NCBI GenBank assembly: GCA_000091205.1
Contig: AP006499.2
Source: Cyanidioschyzon merolae
Lineage: Eukaryota
Length of the DNA stretch: 64,000 nucleotides
Direction: 5' to 3' (one strand)
In this document: piece by piece, positions 10,723-22,000 of the stretch
How the letters are laid out: each line of letters opens with the position of its first letter
Numbering within the stretch: position 1 is the first letter of the stretch
Notes under the pieces: model-generated
Databases searched by the model: none
What the model saw: the letters and a program-made list of their open reading frames with translations, nothing else
Told to the model about the DNA's origin: nothing
Made by a program: the position numbers and the translations under genes

Positions 10723-13700
10723 ATGACGGTGGAAGGCTCTTTAAAGGGCGACGCTGCTGCACCCGTGGCAGACGCGGAGCCTGCAGCGTCTCCTCGGAAC
10801 GAACCGGAAGCAGCGCCTGGTCCGCCCTCACCGGACACGTCGAGGCGACTCAACCATGAATTGGCGAAACAAAATGCAGAAGTTGCAAGAGACACACAGT
10901 GGTCGACGCGTCAACGCCTCAAGTACCTGGTTTTGAGGTACGATATCTTCGCACACTTTTTATCGAGCGGATCACTCGCGAAGCAGAAACTTGTGGAAGC
11001 TGCCGGCTCCGTGGAAACCGCTTCTCCCGGAGAAGGAGCAGCGGGAGGTACTCCCGGTCGGCGTCGTCTGACGGAACGCGAAGAGGACGCGCTCCTGCTT
11101 GAAGCGGACGAGGAAGGGCATAGCGAGTCGGTACACTTGACGGTGCAGCCACCAGGCATACGTGGAACGATGCGGCCATACCAGATCGAGGGCCTAAACT
11201 GGCTAGTCCGACTGCATCAGCACGGCATCAACGGCATTCTTGCGGACGAAATGGGTCTCGGCAAGACGCTGCAGACCATTGCCCTGCTAGCGTTTCTGAA
11301 GGTATACAAAGGCATCCGCGGACCGCACTTGGTGATCGCGCCCAAGTCCACGCTCGGGAACTGGAATCTGGAGTTTGAGAAATTCTGCCCAGATTTCCGC
11401 GTCGTTCGTTTTCACGGGGACCAGGAAGAGCGAGCCCGAGTAGCCGCGTCGCAGCTCATTGTGAATCGGTTTGACGTTTGCGTTACCAGTTATGAGATTG
11501 CGATCCTTGAAAAGGCGGTGCTGCGTAAGTTTCATTGGCGTTATCTCATTATTGATGAAGCGCACCGCATCAAGAATGAGAACTCAGTACTCAGCCAGGT
11601 GGTGCGCATGTACAATTCTCAGAATCGTCTTTTGATCACCGGTACACCGCTGCAAAATAACTTGCATGAGCTCTGGGCGCTGTTGAATTTTCTGCTCCCT
11701 GATGTGTTCAGCTCTTCGGAGGATTTCGACGCCTGGTTTGAGCAAGTAGAGGGAACCACTGAGGAGGACGCCAAGGCAGAAATGGTTCGTCAATTGCATG
11801 CCGTTCTTCGGCCGTTTCTCCTGCGTCGCCTCAAGTCAGAAGTAGCGCGAGAGCTGCCGCCGAAAAAGGAGAGAATCGTATTCGTTCGCTTGACGAAAAT
11901 GCAGCATGAGTTGTATCGGTCCCTGCTTAAGAAAGATGTGGATGCAATTAGCGGGCAAGGCGGCGACCGCGCTCGACTGCTGAACATCCTAATGCAGCTG
12001 CGCAAGTGCTGCAATCACCCGTATCTATTCGAAGGCGTTGAAGATCGCACCTTGGATCCGTTTGGTGAGCATGTTGTGCAGAACAGTGCAAAATTGGCGT
12101 TGCTAGACAAACTGTTACCTCGCTTGCGCGCTGAGGGGCATCGGGTTTTGATCTTTTCTCAGATGACGCGTATGCTGGACATTTTGGAGGACTACTGCTG
12201 TGAGCAGATGCGAGGGTATCCGTACTGCCGTATCGACGGCTCGACGGATAGCGAAACGCGCGAGCGCATGATCGAGGAATTCAACGCAGAAGGAAGCGAC
12301 AAGTTTATCTTCTTGTTATCGACGCGCGCCGGGGGTCTCGGCATCAATCTGGCCTCAGCTGATACCGTGATTCTGTATGACTCAGACTGGAATCCGCAAG
12401 TTGATTTGCAAGCGATGGATCGTGCCCACCGCATTGGACAGAAGCGGCCTGTTACGGTGCTGCGTCTCATTTGTGAGTCAACAGTCGAAGAGCGCATTCT
12501 GCGCCGAGCCTTAATGAAGCTCAAGATAGACAACATGGTCATCCAGCAGGGCAGGCTGGTGGAGGGCCAGAAAGCGCTTGCTCGAGGCGAAGTGCTCGAC
12601 ATGATTCGATTCGGTGCAGATTCCTTCTTCCGAGCGGACGCACAAGACTTCAAAGACGAGGACCTGGATGAAATCCTGCAACGCGCCGAAGCAAAGACCA
12701 AAGAGGTAACCGAAAGCATGGAAGAAGAGGCTCGGAAACGGAGCCAGCATGGGCTCAACCTCATGGATTTCAAAATGAGCGATGACGTCGGCTCCGTCTA
12801 CCAATTCGAGGGAAAGGACTGGTCGGCAGAGGCAGCGTCATCGGCTAAGAATTTCTTCTTCCTCGATGTGGGCAAGCGAGAGCGCCGGAACACAATCAAA
12901 TCCTACGATGAAGCGGCCTACTTCCGCGAAGCACTGTATCACGGCGGTGCCAGCGGCGATGTAGGTAGCACCCAACCACAACCAAAGCAGCGCATGCGCC
13001 TGCCGCCCGAACCCAAAGTCTATGACTGGCAATTCTTCAACGTCGATCGCATCATGGAGTTGTACGAGAAAGAGCGCCAAATAATTGATGAATACAATCG
13101 AACATGCGAGAATCTGACTGAAGATCAGATGCCGCCGGAGCCGGAGCCTCTTTCGCCGAGCGAACGTGCGGAGCTCGAGCGTCTGCTTCAAGAAGGTTTC
13201 AGTAACTGGCGGTATCGCGAGTTCCAGCAGTTTCTGCGGGCTTGTGAGCGCCACGGCCGCCACAACATAGAAGCGATTGCTGCCGATCTCGCACAGGTGA
13301 AAACCTTCGACGAAGTTAAGGAGTATGCGGAAGCGTTTTGGAGACTGGGTCCGGACCATATCCGTGACTGGCCACGCCTCCTTGAGCAGATCGAGCAAGG
13401 TGAAGCACGTGTGGCCAAGCGGGAAGAGATGGAGCGAGCGCTGCGGAACAAAATAGCACGTTATGCGGATCCATGGAACGAGCTCGAGTTACCCGCTTCT
13501 GTCCAAGGTAAGGTGTTCTCCGATGAGGAGGATCGCTTCCTTCTCATTATGGTGAATAACCTCGGTTACGGACGCTGGGAGGAGCTCAAGATGGAAATTC
13601 GTCGCAGCTGGCGTTTCCGTTTTGACTGGTTGATCAAATCTCGCTCAGCTGTAGAACTGAAGCGGCGTGTTGACGTCCTACTCCGAGCTATTGAACGGGA

Positions 13701-14046
13701 GAATGCCGAGTTCGAAAAAGCCGAAGCTGCAGCCGCGAATCGTAAGAAGCACGCCCAGGTTCGTAGCGTACGTCGCGTCAAATCCGAGGCAAGTTCGAGC
13801 GAAAAGGAAAGCGCACACAACGACAGCCGCACCACAAAGCGTGCAGCGGCAGGGAAAGCGTCTGAGCAGAAGCCCACGGCAAACGCCAAGCGTAAGGCAT
13901 CGTCAAGCACCGTGACGACCTTGGACTCCACGTCCAAGCGCTCGAAACGCCCCAACACCGACTCCGTGACCGCGACGAGCGAGAAGCGCTCTACCGGACC
14001 CATCGAACGGTACGCTCGTCGCAAAGGCACTACAAAAGCAGCCTGA
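10723..14046 (+). CDS. ISWI: ISWI-type SNF2 chromatin-remodelling ATPase (SNF2_N, helicase C, HAND-SANT-SLIDE)
   Basis: Motifs GILADEMGLGKTLQTI, DEAHRIKNENS, LLITGTPLQNNLHELWALLNFLLP, DSDWNPQVDLQAMDRAHRIGQKRPV. C-terminal SANT/SLIDE region (FSNWRYREFQQF..., GYGRWEELK). Track ORF starts at GTG 10690; first ATG is at 10723. Confidence 0.9.
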   Translation: MTVEGSLKGDAAAPVADAEPAASPRNEPEAAPGPPSPDTSRRLNHELAKQNAEVARDTQWSTRQRLKYLVLRYDIFAHFLSSGSLAKQKLVEAAGSVETASPGEGAAGGTPGRRRLTEREEDALLLEADEEGHSESVHLTVQPPGIRGTMRPYQIEGLNWLVRLHQHGINGILADEMGLGKTLQTIALLAFLKVYKGIRGPHLVIAPKSTLGNWNLEFEKFCPDFRVVRFHGDQEERARVAASQLIVNRFDVCVTSYEIAILEKAVLRKFHWRYLIIDEAHRIKNENSVLSQVVRMYNSQNRLLITGTPLQNNLHELWALLNFLLPDVFSSSEDFDAWFEQVEGTTEEDAKAEMVRQLHAVLRPFLLRRLKSEVARELPPKKERIVFVRLTKMQHELYRSLLKKDVDAISGQGGDRARLLNILMQLRKCCNHPYLFEGVEDRTLDPFGEHVVQNSAKLALLDKLLPRLRAEGHRVLIFSQMTRMLDILEDYCCEQMRGYPYCRIDGSTDSETRERMIEEFNAEGSDKFIFLLSTRAGGLGINLASADTVILYDSDWNPQVDLQAMDRAHRIGQKRPVTVLRLICESTVEERILRRALMKLKIDNMVIQQGRLVEGQKALARGEVLDMIRFGADSFFRADAQDFKDEDLDEILQRAEAKTKEVTESMEEEARKRSQHGLNLMDFKMSDDVGSVYQFEGKDWSAEAASSAKNFFFLDVGKRERRNTIKSYDEAAYFREALYHGGASGDVGSTQPQPKQRMRLPPEPKVYDWQFFNVDRIMELYEKERQIIDEYNRTCENLTEDQMPPEPEPLSPSERAELERLLQEGFSNWRYREFQQFLRACERHGRHNIEAIAADLAQVKTFDEVKEYAEAFWRLGPDHIRDWPRLLEQIEQGEARVAKREEMERALRNKIARYADPWNELELPASVQGKVFSDEEDRFLLIMVNNLGYGRWEELKMEIRRSWRFRFDWLIKSRSAVELKRRVDVLLRAIERENAEFEKAEAAAANRKKHAQVRSVRRVKSEASSSEKESAHNDSRTTKRAAAGKASEQKPTANAKRKASSSTVTTLDSTSKRSKRPNTDSVTATSEKRSTGPIERYARRKGTTKAA

Positions 14047-14409
14047 ATAGCTCAGAACGTTTTCCACAGGTTAAGATTGATGCGTGGTACGAGTAGTCTT
14101 CACGGAAACGCGCAGTGATCGGCAATCAATGCGTCGATTCCCGTTCCGCTCGGAGAACCAGCCCCGCACATGGTGCTCAGCGTATCCGAGCGATCTGGTG
14201 CTGCCTCTATGCTGTGAACTTGTGGCGTCAGACATGGTGCTTAGGCGTTTTATGTCCAACGCAACGACATGGCGACGAATGCGTGTATGGAGCGAGCGTG
14301 CCGCTCTCGAGACGCGTTCCTTTCGAGCAGTGCTTCAACGCTGCCGACTACCTTGCCCACGATATCGTTGACGGACGAGGGTTCATGGAACAAGAATGGT
14401 TCGCCACCA

Positions 14410-14928
14410 TCAAGGGTAAATGTATCTACCCGCCCGCAGACGCTTACCAATCTTTTTCAACTGGCCGCCTGCTATCGACTTGCGCTTCTTTTTAGACGCT
14501 TCGAGGATCAGAGGTTGTCCCACAGAGTTAAATCGCGTCAGCTTCTCGGGTCTCGTGTTCAGCACCGCACATCGACTGATGTGGATGGCGGCGTTAAAGT
14601 CCCGGTTGATGAACTCCATGCTTTTGTCGCCTCTGCTTGATCTCATCAATAAAAGGATTCCTGGAACTAGGGCCTTCAGTTCGGGTTGCTGCTCTGTCAG
14701 CTTTCGGTGCTTTTCTATCGCCGACGCGCTCCGCGGCTTTTTCTCCATCTCGAGCTTCTGGAGTGCACGCCCCAGCTCATCCCTTGGATTGTTAAAATGA
14801 ATGCATTTCATTATGCCGTTAGGTAAGGACATCATCAGGGGAAGAAGGAAATCTCGAAGAAAGGCGACACATGCCCCGATGTCACCGAGTGCAGAACGCT
14901 TCAGCGAATCAGCCAGTGGAATGATCAA
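14410..14928 (-). pseudogene. TnpB/Fanzor-like nuclease, C-terminal fragment only (zinc-finger remnant plus RuvC-III)
   Basis: Fragment sequence ...LQKLEMEKKPRS...FINRDFNAAIHISRCAVLNTRPEKLTRFNSVGQ. About 45-50% aa identity by eye to the C-terminus of the 48523..49116 ORF. ORF starts at TTG and is preceded by an in-frame TGA two codons upstream, so there is no N-terminal RuvC-I/II. Confidence 0.55.
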
Positions 14929-16904
14929 TACGTTTCACGATAGAAAGCATTCGTTCTATGAGGTTCAACCGCGGAGTGCACGGAGGAATGAGGGGCAAAT
15001 CTACTCACATAGATGCGACAAGAGCCCGAACGCAACGGGAATGGTGAAATGTCACGTTGTCGAATAGAAGAACGTCGTCAAACGTCAGGGCGAAATCTTC
15101 AAGGATCCGACCAAGTGGTTGGTGCTGTTCTACGAGTCTTCTCTACGAGCGAACCCGAGGCCGCCAAGTGAATCCGCTGCAGCCGCACCAGACGAAGATA
15201 TCATCGTTCTGATCGAGTTCGATCGTCCATACAACGGGCTCCCTTATCCGCAAACACTCATGTCTATTCGGATCGTTTCGTCAAAAGCGAGTCTCAACGA
15301 CTGGGAAAAACAAACTGACCTCCCTATGCCTCATACCGATCGCGACGTTACAGGAATGCTGTAATCGTTGCGATTTCGGTGGAAGACGGCCGTGCGTGAC
15401 CTAGGACTCTATTGCGACTGTTTGCCAGTGTATCCTGGATTCCATGAATACGCTATTCTGAATCATTGACGCCTGTTGCGGCTACGATCGTCGCTTTTGC
15501 TTCCCGTCAGGTGATGAACACGTCGGTTTTCTTCCGTTGACCGCAAGCATTCATCGAGAATACCCCTATTTGGAGCAGAGCGCATCTACTTTCTTTCAGT
15601 GCTTCTCAACCGTCTGAGTACTGTGGTACGACGGACCTGAATCAGAGAAGCAGTCCTCCTTGCACTATGCAGGAATCAATATATCCTACATGCATTTCGT
15701 CTCCGATCTATTCCATACATTGCGTCGTGATTTCGGTCTCCTGCTATGCACTGCAAAACAGCATTCGATTCCACTTTGCGGGGATGAAACGAAATCGAGT
15801 TGGAGTACCACAGGAAATCGGCACGTCTCTGGCTCTGAATCGCCGTGCAACAAAGCCGAAATGCAAACTGCTGCCGATGGTACTGACGTGACCACTCATC
15901 CGCCAGCGTTGTGTTTCTGTCGATGGACGCTCGGTGTGATGCGCAACATCTGTTCGAGAAACCGGGCTGACGTCCATCTGCTCAAGGCCAGCTTTCGCGA
16001 TGCCGCCTGGTGCGCACGCCAGCTCCTAGTCGTCCTCCACGGGCACGAGTGACGGCATCCGACCTGGTCTCGTATCCGTAAGAAAAGCCGCTGCGGTCGG
16101 GTCATCGACTCGAGAACTTGCGCATCACGAGCGTTTTCAAATCGGGGCATACAACAGCGACGACGACACGCGGTTCACGCGGGAACGCAGAAAAAGGCCC
16201 AGGATCTACGAGGACAAGTTTGGTTACTGGAACATGGAGCCAGGACCTGGGACGATGGATGCTTTCCCGATCGCTGATATCAAGGTCGCCATCGGGTATC
16301 CGGGGTTCGCATCAACGGTTTGTCGATGAGAGAGACCTCAGGGCGTGTTGAAACAGAACGTCCACATTTCTGTCCTATATGGACATATGCACGCACAGCC
16401 ATGGAATCGTGTCGTGCACACGCGCAATCCTCGCCCAGATGGACAGGCGATATTCGCAGCAGCCGTGGAGTCCGAGCCTCCACATTTGCTCATCCGATGG
16501 AGAGCACCTTTTACAGCTGCCATAGATCCCGTAGATGTCATTTCGATCACGGATGCACGCCCATTGACGCGACGATGGCGACTGCAATCAAAGCGCAACA
16601 CAAACAGCGCCGATGGACGCGCAAGGCACATCCAGAGGACTGCCGTTCACCCCGACGATACCCCGCAACTGTCGTGCAAACGGTTCCACGTACACGTACC
16701 TGCCACTTCTCGGAGACAAACAGAAGTATCATCGATCGAAGCGAGCGCTTCTGATCGCGAACAGCGCCATGTCACCGATACAAGCTTCAACGAGAAGCGC
16801 GCACGACCTCTCCCCTCCCGAGATAACCGCACGTTCCGCATCCTATCCAGGCAGCAGGACAGCATCGCTGACAAAAGCGCGCGTTTCACAGGATCGCTGA
16901 AGCA

Positions 16905-16958
16905 ACCACCACCACCAGCACCAGCACCAGCACCACCACCACCACCACCACACCAAGC
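16905..16958. repeat. (CCA/CCAGCA)n microsatellite
   Basis: ccaccaccagcaccagcaccagcaccaccaccaccaccacc read directly. It generates the spurious PPPAPAP ORFs on both strands. Confidence 0.85.
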
Positions 16959-17119
16959 TACGATCTTTACGCCAAAAGGCAGGCAGAGATAAGGAGGCAG
17001 GCAGCCGCCTCTCAGCTCTGAACGATGACGCCATTGACGCATGCGATGAGGAGAAACATCCAGATTTGGCGCGCTCCGTATGCATGCAAGGCGCTGCGCT
17101 CGCATCCGTCTGGGTAGCG

Positions 17120-18007
17120 TCATGAGAGGAAGCGCGTGTTCGCTGCAGCCCACTCGAACAGCAGCGGATGCGCTTTATAAGCTAGATAGACGAAAACCAA
17201 CACCCCAATGTAGGCCGGGCGCAGCATCTCTTGTATTGCGACACGTGGCGACTGCTTCCCTTGCAGCATACTCCAGAAGGGCCAGAGGCTTGTTCGCTCA
17301 GCAAACGCGTCCCAAGTTGCGGCACCAAATCGTTGACGGAGTCGACGATCACCGTGCCAAGCGGCTATAAAGTGATGGCCGATGAGTGCACAACTAACCG
17401 TAATCGCCATCGAACTCCCTATCCAGGCGCCGTGGGCCAGGCACCAGAGGAACTGGCCCCACAGCTGCGGGTGGCGCGTCACACGCATGATACCCTGCTC
17501 GAAGAGGCGGACTGTTGGCCGCTTGATTGCGGATACTTGCGCTAGGTCCAGCGTCGCTGGATACAGAAACAGGAAGGATATGGCGCTTACGACCCAGACC
17601 ATTTCGTGAAAGAAAGGAAAATGTGCGGGGAGGTCCTGTTGCAACCAACTGAAACTGATGCCGTCACGTCGATGAGCTAGGAAGTAGGCCACGGTTACAC
17701 CAGCTGTTGGTAGGGACATGAACGCGAAGAGCACGCGGTAGAGACGCTCGCCGAGAAGCTCAGCGGCCCTGGGGCGCAATGCAGCACCACCAGAGTGCAG
17801 CACAGCGAACACGGTATACAGAACTAGCATTCTTAAGTGCGTGTCGAGGTTGACCTGGTCATGCCAACTCCAGTAGGTCGGCAGTAACCATCCGAGTCCG
17901 AAGAAAGCGCAACCCAGCCACAGTGCAACCTGTGACTCGCGTCGACCTCTTGATGTCTGTTGAGCTGCAGCGGTCTCTGCGGAATGCCCCGAGTCGACGT
18001 TGCTCAT
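17120..18007 (-). CDS. NnrU/ICMT-like polytopic membrane protein (RHP-motif family)
   Basis: C-terminal motif GIMRVTRHPQLWGQFLWCLAHG with several TM helices, resembling the NnrU / Z-ISO / isoprenylcysteine-methyltransferase fold. Track ORF extends to TTG 18460; I anchor at ATG 18007 (MSNVDSGHS...). An upstream extension to ATG 18193 is possible. Confidence 0.4.
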   Translation of the reverse strand: MSNVDSGHSAETAAAQQTSRGRRESQVALWLGCAFFGLGWLLPTYWSWHDQVNLDTHLRMLVLYTVFAVLHSGGAALRPRAAELLGERLYRVLFAFMSLPTAGVTVAYFLAHRRDGISFSWLQQDLPAHFPFFHEMVWVVSAISFLFLYPATLDLAQVSAIKRPTVRLFEQGIMRVTRHPQLWGQFLWCLAHGAWIGSSMAITVSCALIGHHFIAAWHGDRRLRQRFGAATWDAFAERTSLWPFWSMLQGKQSPRVAIQEMLRPAYIGVLVFVYLAYKAHPLLFEWAAANTRFLS

Positions 18008-19019
18008 GCGGCACGGGGACCGGCTCAGAGCGAACAAGAAAGCATTCGCTTCGTAGCGCCTGTAGTGATACGATCCTCGTTTTGCTGCTGCAGGTACTGC
18101 TGTTATGCCAGCTCGTGGCGCACAGAGGAGCCAGGATCGCCGTCGACTTGCGGTGAGTCCGACTGGAATAAAGCAGAGCGCCTTTGCTGGCATCTGACCG
18201 CTGAGGTGTCGCTTCTGAGGACTCGCCCGGAGGCGCTCCAATGCCTGGGCGCTCCGAACACCCCGGCGCTCAAGCGTGAAACCTGCGCGTACGCTAAACC
18301 AAGCGCAAAGAGCGGGGCGAGTTCCGGACCATGACGTCGCCAGAGGTATCAAAGTCGGCGCTTCGCCAGGTCTGCGTTTATGCGCATTCATCCTCCGTAG
18401 CACACGGCGGTCTTCGGTACTCATATCCGGATTGCAGCAAAGCGAACCTGGAACGCCCAATATACTTCAGTCTTTTCGGTATGAAACCAATGTAGTGCAA
18501 CCTATTCAGACTTCGATTTATCTGATCACAGGTTATCGGGTCCGATACAAGTGGTTGGAAAGCGAATTTTTCGCAGCGCTCGCACACAACCCGTCGCTCC
18601 AAAGCGTTTCTTCACCGTGTTCTGGGCAGTTCGCGCGAGCGCTGCTCGCTCTCCGGGACCCTGACTCGATACGTGCCGTCTCTTGCGCGCTCTGGACGCT
18701 TCTTCTCACGAGAAGCACCGCTGAGGCACGCTGTAAAGCGCAACACGCTAGTGCGAAGCGCTGGAACCGTCACTCTCGAAGCGCCTCCTGAGGGGAAACG
18801 CTTTTCGATGCGCGTTCCGCGAGCCTCCTTCGAAAAGATAACGCAATCGAACCTATTCTTCTACTACTCGGGTACCTCGGAAAGCACCGTTCGAGTTCGT
18901 CTAGTGTTCCCAAAAGTTGACCCGAGTCCCGCCTCGGGCTCCGCTGGTGAGGCAGCAGGCAGTAGCGGGAACGGCGCGACGCGTTTCGCCGCCCTCGCTG
19001 TAGCCAGCTTGCGCCATAC

Positions 19020-22000
19020 ATGAAGCCGGCATTACCAGTATCCGCTGAAGCGCTTTCTTTCGTTCAAACTTTCAACTTAGCGAATTCTAATATGTTGCTG
19101 GGCTTTGTCACCAGCCCGTGGTGTGGCACAAATACTCGCTGGCAAGGCTTTGGACTGCACAAGAGAGCTTGCAGGGCCTCGTCAGCGCACTGCGTTCAGC
19201 GGCGTACCGCAAAGCGCGCTCACTGGCGCTGCGTCGATGCGGCTCCGGTCTCTGAGCGTCCTGATCAAGAGTCATCACAACCAATTTCACAGATTATTCG
19301 GTTCTATCGTTATCTAGGTTTGGATCCGTTGGCGATGAGCGCAGCCAAAGTGGCTTACCGTCAGGCCGCGACGTATATGGGGCTTTTGCCCGAGCCGATT
19401 CCCTCCTTCAGCGTTGAACGAGAGGATTGCTTCTATGTTCTCTGGGATACGAAGGCAGGCGATATCACAGAGACCGAGTTGGGTGCCTTGCGCTGGCTAC
19501 TCTCCGAGACCTTTGAGCCGGAGCGCTTCCGAGAGGGTGTACCCTTCTTGAACCAACGCGTACTCGAGTTTGGTCCGCGTCTCAACTTCCAGACAGCGTG
19601 GTCGTCGAATGCAGTGAGTATTTGCCAGGCGTGCGGCCTCAGGAACGTGCGAAGAATTGAGCGAAGCCGTCGTTATTTTCTAGAGCCAGAAGTACCATCC
19701 AATGCACTCGCTGGGGAAGCGCACCAAATCCTCTCGAGCACGCACTTCCAAGACGCGTTATTCGAACGCCTCCACGATCGTATGACCGAGCAGCTCTATA
19801 AGGAGCCTCTTCGCTCTCTGGACACACACATGAAACCCGCGGACGTGTATCGCATTCCGCTGCTGCAAGAAGGCGAAGGCGCCTTGCGACGTGCCAGCGA
19901 GGAACTCGGTCTCAGCTTCGATGACTGGGACATCCACTACTACGCCCAGATGTTTCGTGAGCTTGGACGGGATCCAACGAATGTAGAGCTTTACGACATT
20001 GCCCAGTCCAACTCGGAGCATTCACGACACTGGCTCTTCCGCGGGATCGTGGTGATCGACGGCCACGAAATGCCGTATTCGCTCATGGACTTGGTACGGG
20101 AGCCGCTGCGTCGACATCCCGGCAACTCGGTATTGGCCTTTTGCGATAATGCCTCGACCATAAGAGGCCTCGGTCCGGTGCCCGTCCTGATACCGTCCAG
20201 ACCCGATGCACCATCACCCTATCTTCTACACGACATGGATTACGATGCCTTGATGACGGCGGAAACACACAACTTTCCGTCGGGGGTTGCGCCTTTCGCT
20301 GGTGCCGAAACAGGAGCCGGAGGTCGCATTCGTGATACCGCTGCCACTGGGAGAGGCTCCCTGGTTATAGCAGGAACAGCAGGGTACAGCGTGGGAAACC
20401 TCCAGATTCCAGGTTATCCGTTGCCTTGGGAAGACGGCTCGTTTGCGTACCCCGAGAACCTGGAATCGCCACTGAACATCTGTATCCAGGCGAGCAACGG
20501 AGCCAGCGACTATGGCAACAAGTTCGGCGAGCCGCTCATCCAAGGTTTCTGTCGTTCGTTTGGCCTACGGGTACTGTCCCAGAACCAGCGACGGGAATAC
20601 GTCAAACCGATCATGTTTAGCGGTGGTGTCGGTATGATGGATCACCAGCACGCCCACAAACAAGCACCAGAGTGCGGCATGCTTGTGGTGAAAGTCGGAG
20701 GCCCTGCGTATCGGATCGGCTTGGGAGGTGGCGCTGCCTCCTCGATGCTCCAAGGCGAGAATCAGTCGCACTTGGATTTCGATGCCGTCCAACGTGGTGA
20801 TGCAGAAATGGAGCAACGAACGTATCGAGTGCTGCGGGCGTGCGTGGAACTCGGACCCAACAACCCGATTGTGAGTTTGCACGATCAAGGTGCCGGTGGT
20901 AACTGTAATGTTGTCAAGGAGCTGATCTACCCGCTGGGGGCTCGCATCGATGTCCGACGCGTGATTCTCGGGGATCAGTCGTTGTCGGTGTTGGAAATAT
21001 GGGTTGCGGAATATCAAGAGCAGTTCGGTTTGTTGCTACGCCCATCATCGCTTCCCTGTTTTGAGAAGCTCTGCGAGCGAGAGAACGTGCCCCTAGCGGT
21101 GCTCGGCGAGATAGACGGCAGTGGGCGCATCACGCTCTACGACAGTCTTCGAGACGAAGTAGTGGTCGACCTGGACCTCGAACGCGTTCTCGGCAAGTTG
21201 CCTCGCAAAGTGTTTCGCGACTCGCGAGCGTCACGTACCCGCCCGACTCCTCTGGCTCTGCCGTTTCTCAACGCATCGACACTACGGACGGAGTCGCCAG
21301 CGGAACTTTTGCGCATACTCGATCGGATGCTGCGTCTCGTGTCGGTCGGGAGCAAGCGATTCCTAACCACCAAAGTGGATCGATCCGTGACCGGTCTGAT
21401 TGCTCGACAACAAACTGTGGGTCCAGTGCAGCTGCCGCTCGCGGACGTTGCCGTCGTCGCACAGAGTCACTTCAGCACCTACGGAACTGCGATCGCTATC
21501 GGGGAGCAATGTGTGAAAGCGCTCATCTCACCGGCAGCGATGGCTCGAATGGCGGTTGCGGAGATGCTCACCAATATGGCTGGAGCGCGGATCAGCGCTT
21601 TTACGGATATCAAGTGCGAAGGCAACTGGATGGCCGCGGGCAAGCTACCCGGCGAGCTCGTTGATATGTACGAAGCAGCCGAAGCGCTCAGCGACACGCT
21701 CACAACACTCGGTATCGGCATCGATGGTGGCAAGGATAGCGTCAGCATGGCTGCACGGTGCCCGGGCGAGCGTGATCCCGTCCGGGCACCTTTAACGCTC
21801 GTCCTCAGCGGCTATGCGCCTGTTCCGGATGTGATGCAGGTCTTGACGCCGGACCTCAAACGTCCCGGTGAAAGCGTCATCATTCTGATTGATCCGAGTC
21901 GCGGTGCACGTCGTCTCGGTGGAAGTGCGCTGGCCCAGGTGTATGGGCAGGTCGGTGACTCTTGCCCGGATCTTGATGATCCTGTGCTGCTGCGTCAAGC

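Noticed and set aside
12192-12804. Long antisense ORFs inside ISWI (12192..12773 and 12511..12804, minus). Similar antisense ORFs occur inside FGAM synthase (21880..22332), the ATPase (52400..53005) and Sec24 (56829..57479).
   Set aside because: High GC content suppresses stop codons on the opposite strand of real genes. Products are low-complexity and have no recognisable domains. The sense-strand genes are unambiguous.
14929-17119. Searching for the N-terminal RuvC-I/II portion of the truncated Fanzor-like fragment upstream of 14928
   Set aside because: An in-frame TGA lies two codons upstream of the fragment's TTG. No GxDxG-type motif was found in the neighbouring minus-strand ORFs. The copy is treated as a 3' remnant only.
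16345-17153. ORFs with PPPAPAPAPPPPPP / GGGGGAGAGAGGGG tracts
   Set aside because: Translation of the CCA/CCAGCA microsatellite on both strands. No support as genes.
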